This document shows, in pieces, positions 58,776 to 64,000 of a DNA stretch of 64,000 nt (position 1 is the stretch's first letter; every line of letters starts with the position of its first letter). The stretch comes from an uncultured Candidatus Poseidoniales archaeon (GTDB lineage: Archaea; Thermoplasmatota; Poseidoniia; Poseidoniales; Poseidoniaceae): contig CAJJCM010000026.1 of assembly GCA_905182635.1 (NCBI GenBank), positions 3,568 to 67,567 of the forward strand. The letters are read 5' to 3'. The notes under the pieces were generated by a model. It saw nothing but the letters and a program-made list of their open reading frames with translations, ran no database searches and was not told the DNA's origin. The translations under genes were made by a program, and so were the position numbers.

Positions 58776-59572
58776 ACATCACAAGATTGACAAAGGACCT
58801 CGATGTCCAAAGATTGATTGCTATGGCCTACAACACAAGTAACCCTGTTCTTTCAAACAAGTTTTGGAGTAATATCGAAGGACATGAGTCCATGTCCTAT
58901 GAAGGGACAATGCAAAAAATTGGCATCATGTTCGGCACCACGGTCTTGTTTGCCGCATTAACTGCTTATGCTGCAATTGCGATTAACATGAATCTCGCCA
59001 TGGCCGCAATGATTATCGGTGGGATTACCGGTTTCATCCTTGTTCTCATTCTGGTTTTTTCTCGACCAAAGAATCCAGTGCCGTTAATGCTCTCCTATGC
59101 TGTATTCGAGGGCCTTTTTGTTGGAGGAGTTTCCCTGATCTTCGAACAGATGTATTCTGGAATTGTATTCCAAGCAGCAGTTGGAACAATGTGCATTGTT
59201 GGCGCCATGTATGGGCTGTATGCGACTCGGATTATCAAAGCCACTCCGATGTTTCAAAAGGTAGTCATGAGCCTCGTAATGGGTATTATGTTGTTGTATG
59301 TGGTCTCGTTTATCCTTTCCTTCATCCCAGGCTCTTTTCAAGTTCCATTCCTTCATTCATCAGGACCAATCGGAATTCTACTCACATTGTTTATTCTTGG
59401 TGTGGCTTCCTTGTGTTTAATTCTCGATTTTAATTTCATTGAAACTGGAATTCAACAACAAACACCGAAAGTGGGTGAATGGTGGGGGGCCTTTGGACTC
59501 CTTGTAACAGTCATTTGGATTTATATCGAAATGCTACGACTTCTCTCGAAAGTGCGTAGTAATCTCGACTGA
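58772..59572 (+). CDS. Bax-inhibitor-1 / YccA (TMBIM) family membrane protein. The start is uncertain: the ORF track uses TTG, and the true start may be an internal ATG up to about 58910.
   Basis: Seven predicted transmembrane helices. C-terminal EWWGAFGLLVTVIWIYIEMLRLL resembles the BI-1 family C-terminal signature. Confidence 0.6.
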   Translation: MNITRLTKDLDVQRLIAMAYNTSNPVLSNKFWSNIEGHESMSYEGTMQKIGIMFGTTVLFAALTAYAAIAINMNLAMAAMIIGGITGFILVLILVFSRPKNPVPLMLSYAVFEGLFVGGVSLIFEQMYSGIVFQAAVGTMCIVGAMYGLYATRIIKATPMFQKVVMSLVMGIMLLYVVSFILSFIPGSFQVPFLHSSGPIGILLTLFILGVASLCLILDFNFIETGIQQQTPKVGEWWGAFGLLVTVIWIYIEMLRLLSKVRSNLD

Positions 59573-59582
59573 TGAAGGTGGA

Positions 59583-60542
59583 ATGATGCGAAGCATCCCT
59601 GTCATAGACTTCTCGGATTACACCAGCGGTGACCTTCAACGACAACAGACATTCATACAAGCAGTGGGTGACTCCCTCAAGGAAATCGGATTCTTTGCAT
59701 TAAAGAACCATGAGATTCCTTTGAAAGCAATCGAACAAGCATATGAACAAGGGGATGCTTTTTTCTCGCTTCGTCAAGTTACCAAGAACGCCTACCTTCA
59801 ACCTCAAATTGACCATCAACGTGGCTATACCGCTTTTGGAATTGAGCATGCCAAGAACAACCCTGCACCCGATTTGAAGGAGTTTTGGCAAAGTGGGCGT
59901 AGCCATCCAACCACGGGTGAAAAGCCGACCTATGTAGCAAATGTATGGCCTGAGCAAGATGTTCCTGAATTCAAACCAGTCATTGAGGGATTATTTGCAC
60001 GGATGGAAGCAGTATCGCAAAGTCTCTTGCATTCATGCAGCCTTTATCTTGGAAAAGAAGAAAATTGGCTCAGTTCAATGGCAGCAGATGGCAATACCAT
60101 CATGCGAATCATTCACTATCCTCCACTTGGTGAAGAAGTACCTGAAGGTGCAGTCCGTTCAGCAGCCCATGAAGATATCAATTTCATCACCTTACTGGTT
60201 ACTGCGACAGCAGATGGTCTTGAAGTGAAGGACAATGATGGAAGTTGGATTAAGGTCAAAGGCGATGCAAGCCACATCATTGTCGACTCTGGAGATATGC
60301 TACAGAATCTTACCAATGGATTATTCAAATCGACAACGCATCGTGTCGTAAATCCGAGTAACTCGAATGCTCGGCGATTTTCAATGCCGATGTTTGTCCA
60401 TCCACGTAATGATATCGATTTGACACCACGAGAGGAGTTTATTCGGCTCACTGGGGGAGTATCGTTGTTTCAATCGATTACTGCAGGTCAATATCTCCAT
60501 CAGCGTTTGGTCGAAATAGGTCTTACAGAAGACGGTGTGTGA
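59583..60542 (+). CDS. 2-oxoglutarate/Fe(II)-dependent dioxygenase (isopenicillin-N-synthase-like family)
   Basis: N-terminal DIOX_N-like region (IPVIDFSDY). Facial triad H-x-D...H (HEDINFITLL...THRVVNP). RxS 2OG-binding motif (RFSMPMF). Confidence 0.85.
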   Translation: MMRSIPVIDFSDYTSGDLQRQQTFIQAVGDSLKEIGFFALKNHEIPLKAIEQAYEQGDAFFSLRQVTKNAYLQPQIDHQRGYTAFGIEHAKNNPAPDLKEFWQSGRSHPTTGEKPTYVANVWPEQDVPEFKPVIEGLFARMEAVSQSLLHSCSLYLGKEENWLSSMAADGNTIMRIIHYPPLGEEVPEGAVRSAAHEDINFITLLVTATADGLEVKDNDGSWIKVKGDASHIIVDSGDMLQNLTNGLFKSTTHRVVNPSNSNARRFSMPMFVHPRNDIDLTPREEFIRLTGGVSLFQSITAGQYLHQRLVEIGLTEDGV

Positions 60543-61869
60543 GCCAATGGGTGAAGACCTCATTGAACGCTTATGTGCTTCGATTCAGTTGAAGGAATCA
60601 ATGGTGATGGCGGATTTGACGATGTTCATTGATGGTGTTGCCCAACGCCAATTTCAAGTTGAAGACATTGAAAAATGGCTTCGGTGTGTCCATACCAATG
60701 GTATTTCAGTTGATGATACAACTGCACTCACGCGTGGTATGATGAATTCAGGTGCTGTATTAGAATGGCAGGGACTGACCAATGTTGCAGACAAACACAG
60801 CACTGGAGGAGTTGGTGATAAGATGTCATTGATTCTCGCTCCGGCTCTTGCTGCATGTGGTCTTCGAGTTCCAATGTTAGCAGGTAGAGGATTAGGTCAC
60901 ACTGGAGGCACGATTGACAAGCTCGAATCGATTCCTGGTTTCAATTGCAATCTCACCCCCTACCAGATGCAAGAAGCCGTTGAAAAAGTTGGGTGTTGTA
61001 TCGCAGCCCAAAACGATGCGATTGCGCCTGCTGATGGCTTACTCTATGCGATACGTGATGTCACAAATACCGTCGATAGCATCCCTCTCATTACGGCTTC
61101 TATCATTTCGAAAAAAGCGGCAGAAGGATTGAATGCACTTGTGCTTGATGTCAAATGCGGTCGTGCTGCCTTCATGAAAACTGAGCACGACGCCCTTGCT
61201 TTAGCCGAATCAATGGTCAGTGCAGCCAAGGGCTTAGGAATCAATACGGTTGCTCAAATTACGGATATGAATGAACCGATTGGCACTCATATTGGTAATG
61301 CACTCGAAGTCCTTGGTAGTGTTCACGTGCTTCAGGGAAAGGGCTCCGCTGATACACGAAACTTAGTCGCCCTCCAAGGTGGACAATTACTTGCACTTAC
61401 TGGAATATCTCCATCTCTAGAGCAGGGTATCCAGATGATTTTGGAAGTACTGGATAACGGCGAAGCATTACGTTTCTTTGTCGAGATGTGTGTACAACAA
61501 GGAACAGAGCGAAAGATGGCTGAACTACTTGTAAACGAGCCGGAGCATGTTCTTCCGAAGTCAAAGCATGTGACTTCGGTTGTAGCTGCCGAATCGGGAT
61601 ACGTTCAATCGATCGATGCAATGGCACTGGCCGAAGTGGCAAGAGAACTTGGTGCTGGTCGGTTTTCCATGGAAGATTCAATCAATCATGGGGTTGGCTA
61701 CGTCATTGAAGCCACAAGAAATATGACTCTTTCCAAAAACCAGCCTTGGATTTCGATTCACCATGACCATCCGCTTAGCTCTCAGCACCTCACTCAAATC
61801 GGAGATGCCTTGCAAATTGGAAATGTACCAACGGCAGAGTTTCAACGACTCATCCGCATCATACACTAG
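60535..61869 (+). CDS. deoA: Thymidine / pyrimidine-nucleoside phosphorylase (bacterial DeoA-like)
   Basis: DKHSTGGVGDK phosphate-binding motif. GRGLGHTGGTIDKLESIPGF and TVDSIPLITASIISKKAAEG, nearly collinear with E. coli thymidine phosphorylase. 8-nt overlap with the upstream dioxygenase gene. Confidence 0.9.
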   Translation: MCEPMGEDLIERLCASIQLKESMVMADLTMFIDGVAQRQFQVEDIEKWLRCVHTNGISVDDTTALTRGMMNSGAVLEWQGLTNVADKHSTGGVGDKMSLILAPALAACGLRVPMLAGRGLGHTGGTIDKLESIPGFNCNLTPYQMQEAVEKVGCCIAAQNDAIAPADGLLYAIRDVTNTVDSIPLITASIISKKAAEGLNALVLDVKCGRAAFMKTEHDALALAESMVSAAKGLGINTVAQITDMNEPIGTHIGNALEVLGSVHVLQGKGSADTRNLVALQGGQLLALTGISPSLEQGIQMILEVLDNGEALRFFVEMCVQQGTERKMAELLVNEPEHVLPKSKHVTSVVAAESGYVQSIDAMALAEVARELGAGRFSMEDSINHGVGYVIEATRNMTLSKNQPWISIHHDHPLSSQHLTQIGDALQIGNVPTAEFQRLIRIIH

Positions 61870-61916
61870 CCGAGTGAATAGAAGTCGTCATAAAGGGGAG
61901 GCTATTCGCCCAAGTT

Positions 61917-61989
61917 GCCGATTTAGCTTAGCTGGTGGAGCGTGGGACTGTTAATCCCAAGGTCGAGGGTTCGAACCCCTCAATCGGCG
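61917..61989 (+). tRNA. tRNA-Asn (anticodon GTT)
   Basis: GCCGATTTAGCTTAGCTGGTGGAGCGTGGGACTGTTAATCCCAAGGTCGAGGGTTCGAACCCCTCAATCGGCG. 7-bp acceptor stem, anticodon loop CUGUUAA, T-arm GAGGGTTCGAACCCCTC. No encoded CCA. Confidence 0.85.
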
Positions 61990-62016
61990 TTTACTCAAGA
62001 ATGTTGTACTGAAGGC

Positions 62017-62024
62017 TTTTTTTT
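62017..62024 (+). terminator. Oligo-T tract (8 T) about 28 nt downstream of tRNA-Asn, a candidate archaeal transcription terminator
   Basis: gaaggctttttttt read directly. Archaeal RNA polymerase terminates at T-runs. Confidence 0.35.
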
Positions 62025-62155
62025 AGATTTGAAATCAAACTTTCCGCATGAAAATATTCTCGTGTCAAAACCCGATTTTAGTTCAAGAAGAGGGTAGAAA
62101 TATGCCATCAAAGAGTAGGGATTGAAAGCCAAATGTAGTACTCAGAAGTACCTGA

Positions 62156-63130
62156 TTATTCCCATTCAATTGTGCCTGGTGGTTTGTGTGTAATGTCATA
62201 GACAACACGATTTGCAGCACCCTTGACTGTATTTGTGATACGGGTACTGATTTTCTGTAAGATCGAATGAGGAATCTCTGAATATCGGGCCGACATTCCA
62301 TCGATGGACTGAACCGCACGAACGACAATCGTCTCACCGTAAGCACGCACGTCACCGTGAACACCAACGCTACGGACTGGAAGTAAGGCAGCAAAGTATT
62401 GCCATGGAATTTCCATCTTCCCTTCTGCGGCTGCTAATTCAAATTCTTCTTCAACAATAGCACAAGCTTCTCGGACTACTGCGACACGCTCAGGCGTTAA
62501 GTCACCCAAGGTGCGAACTGCAAGTCCAGGACCAGGGAATGGTTGGCGCTCAGCCACATTGATCTCAAGAGTTCGAGCAAGTTGACGAACTTCATCTTTG
62601 TACAAATCACGAAGAGGTTCGACCACCGTGAGAGTCATGTCCTCTGGTAGTCCACCAACATTGTGATGAGACTTGATGGTATCACGAACGCCGCCACCAG
62701 ATTCAATCCAATCTGGAGCAATCGTTCCTTGAATCAAATATTTAGCACCGCATTTCTTTTGTTCATCTTCAAAAATACGGATGAATAATTCGCCAATCAC
62801 CTTACGCTTTTGTTCAGGCTCTGTAATTCCTTCAAGTGCTTCAAAATAACGGTCTGCCGCTTTGACAGTTACCAAATTCTTGATACCTTGTTCAGCCAAG
62901 AGTGCCTCGATTTCTTCAGTTTCGCCTTTGCGCATAAAACCAGTGTCAACATAGACGCAATGCAAGAGTTCACCAACTGCTTGATTAGCGATCACTGCTG
63001 CTACTGTTGAATCAACACCGCCAGAACAAGCAATGATAGCGATGTCATCAATGGTTGCTTTGAGGGTTACAATTGATTCTTGAATGAATTCATTTGAATC
63101 AAACATTTCACTGGCCCCCGTTGACATCAC
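62156..63130 (-). CDS. guaAB: GMP synthase (glutamine-hydrolysing) subunit B, the ATP-pyrophosphatase subunit of the split archaeal enzyme
   Basis: PP-loop SGGVDSTV and a GMP synthase C-terminal dimerisation domain. Only about 320 aa, with no GATase domain. The likely true start is MFDSNEF at 63106, one nt after the purE stop codon. Confidence 0.9.
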   Translation of the reverse strand: MMSTGASEMFDSNEFIQESIVTLKATIDDIAIIACSGGVDSTVAAVIANQAVGELLHCVYVDTGFMRKGETEEIEALLAEQGIKNLVTVKAADRYFEALEGITEPEQKRKVIGELFIRIFEDEQKKCGAKYLIQGTIAPDWIESGGGVRDTIKSHHNVGGLPEDMTLTVVEPLRDLYKDEVRQLARTLEINVAERQPFPGPGLAVRTLGDLTPERVAVVREACAIVEEEFELAAAEGKMEIPWQYFAALLPVRSVGVHGDVRAYGETIVVRAVQSIDGMSARYSEIPHSILQKISTRITNTVKGAANRVVYDITHKPPGTIEWE

Positions 63131-63587
63131 GGTCTTGGGCTTTTACTCGTTCGATTTGATCGAGTTTATTCTGTTTTAATGCAGCCTCAAAGAGAGGATT
63201 TTTGAGTGCTAGGATTTGGGTTGCTAGGTAGCCAGCATTGTCTCCACGGTCTACACCAACCGTGGCCGCAGGAACTCCCGGTGGAAGTTGAACGATTGAA
63301 AGAAGCGAATCGAATGGGACTTTACCTCCGCATGGGACCCCGATGACCGGCTTGGTCGTTAGCGCAGCAACCGCACCAGGTAGAGCAGCAGCTAATCCGG
63401 CCATAGCAACAAAGACTTGGCAACCATCTGCTTCAGCCTGTTGAACAATATCTTCCATGAATTTTGGGGAACGATGAGCGCTTGCTACCCTTAATTGGTA
63501 ACTGACGTTGAAGAGTTCGAGAATTTTGGTACACTTTTCAGCGACCGGCAAATCGGAGGAAGAGCCCAGCAGTATGGTGACATCCAT
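63108..63587 (-). CDS. purE: N5-carboxyaminoimidazole ribonucleotide mutase
   Basis: MDVTILLGSSSDLPV...SAHRSPKFM...GLAAALPGAVAALTTKPVIGVPC matches PurE throughout. The ORF track begins 10 codons upstream at 63617. Confidence 0.9.
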   Translation of the reverse strand: MDVTILLGSSSDLPVAEKCTKILELFNVSYQLRVASAHRSPKFMEDIVQQAEADGCQVFVAMAGLAAALPGAVAALTTKPVIGVPCGGKVPFDSLLSIVQLPPGVPAATVGVDRGDNAGYLATQILALKNPLFEAALKQNKLDQIERVKAQDRDVNGGQ

Positions 63588-63654
63588 GTTACTACGCCGG
63601 CGCGGGTGGTTCATCAAGATGTCTCTTGATTATGGCGGAATTCACAAGCGAATC

Positions 63655-64000
63655 TCACTCTTCTTGAGTTAATTCGTTGATCTGGAATTCCGGCCAATCA
63701 ACACCAAAATTGAGATTTTTGAACTGTTCACGCGTTTGGCAACCAAATAAATCAAATCTCAAAAAAGTAGATTCACCTTTAACAGCACCATAGATTTGGA
63801 CGTATTGATTTGCATCGAATCGCTTGATAGCCATGCATGTTTGGGAGAATCGCGTAGTTTTAACATCCCAATCGCTCAACGCATCAATTGGCAACTTTTC
63901 CTTGACATCCCAATCCATCTCGAATACATAGCCGGCATCTTTGAAAATGAAATCTAATGCTTTAACGAGAAGATAAATCGATGCAGATGAATACAACAGG
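63655..64000 (-). CDS. Hypothetical protein, probably N-terminally truncated by the window end
   Basis: ORF of at least 113 aa on the minus strand running to the window edge. No recognisable motif. Confidence 0.35.
   Translation of the reverse strand, partial: LLYSSASIYLLVKALDFIFKDAGYVFEMDWDVKEKLPIDALSDWDVKTTRFSQTCMAIKRFDANQYVQIYGAVKGESTFLRFDLFGCQTREQFKNLNFGVDWPEFQINELTQEE

Noticed and set aside
48966-61989. Interval between tRNA-Met and tRNA-Asn considered as an integrated mobile element
   Set aside because: No integrase, recombinase or transposase ORF and no visible duplicated tRNA 3' segment. Left as a compositional or HGT question rather than called a mobile element.

Overview
The window reads as archaeal chromosomal DNA. 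Three observations support this: both tRNA genes lack an encoded CCA, there is an STT3/AglB oligosaccharyltransferase with the WWDYG motif, and the pilin-like genes carry archaeal class-III signal peptides. A bacterial-type split GMP synthase subunit B, purE, purD and a CdsA/CarS-type transferase fit a free-living archaeon. Marine Euryarchaeota or Thermoplasmatota would fit, but that placement is inference only.

Housekeeping genes sit at the edges and at interruptions of the window. They are dnaJ, purD, a putative CDP-archaeol synthase, an HD-domain dNTPase, a thymidine phosphorylase, GMP synthase subunit B, purE, tRNA-Met(CAT) and tRNA-Asn(GTT).

Most of the window, roughly 8.4 to 58.8 kb, is an accessory cell-surface island. 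It encodes at least eight very large predicted extracellular or membrane-anchored proteins of 567 to 3204 aa. Many carry thrombospondin-type-3-like DxDxDG calcium-binding repeats, parallel beta-helix repeats or Ig-like repeats.

Other genes in the island:
- A 3204-aa protein in which an STT3/AglB catalytic core sits between an extra ~380-aa polytopic N-terminal domain and a ~2100-aa extracellular C-terminal extension that ends in a transmembrane anchor.
- A membrane-anchored subtilisin (S8) protease.
- A lipoprotein zinc metallopeptidase.
- A winged-helix / P-loop NTPase / TPR (STAND-like) regulator.
- An operon of an MBL-fold hydrolase followed by three translationally coupled pilin-like genes, with no PilB or PilC in the window.
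- A 1638-aa protein combining six lamin-tail-like domains, a two-HKD phospholipase-D/nuclease domain, TSP3 repeats and a C-terminal transmembrane anchor.

Three of the giant type-I membrane proteins share a Trp-rich motif (PGW...W...Y) at the end of their cytoplasmic tails. This may be a dedicated sorting or anchoring signal.

Another oddity is a single ORF that fuses a pyroglutamyl peptidase I domain to a NUDIX hydrolase domain.

No CRISPR array, transposase or integrase was recognised.
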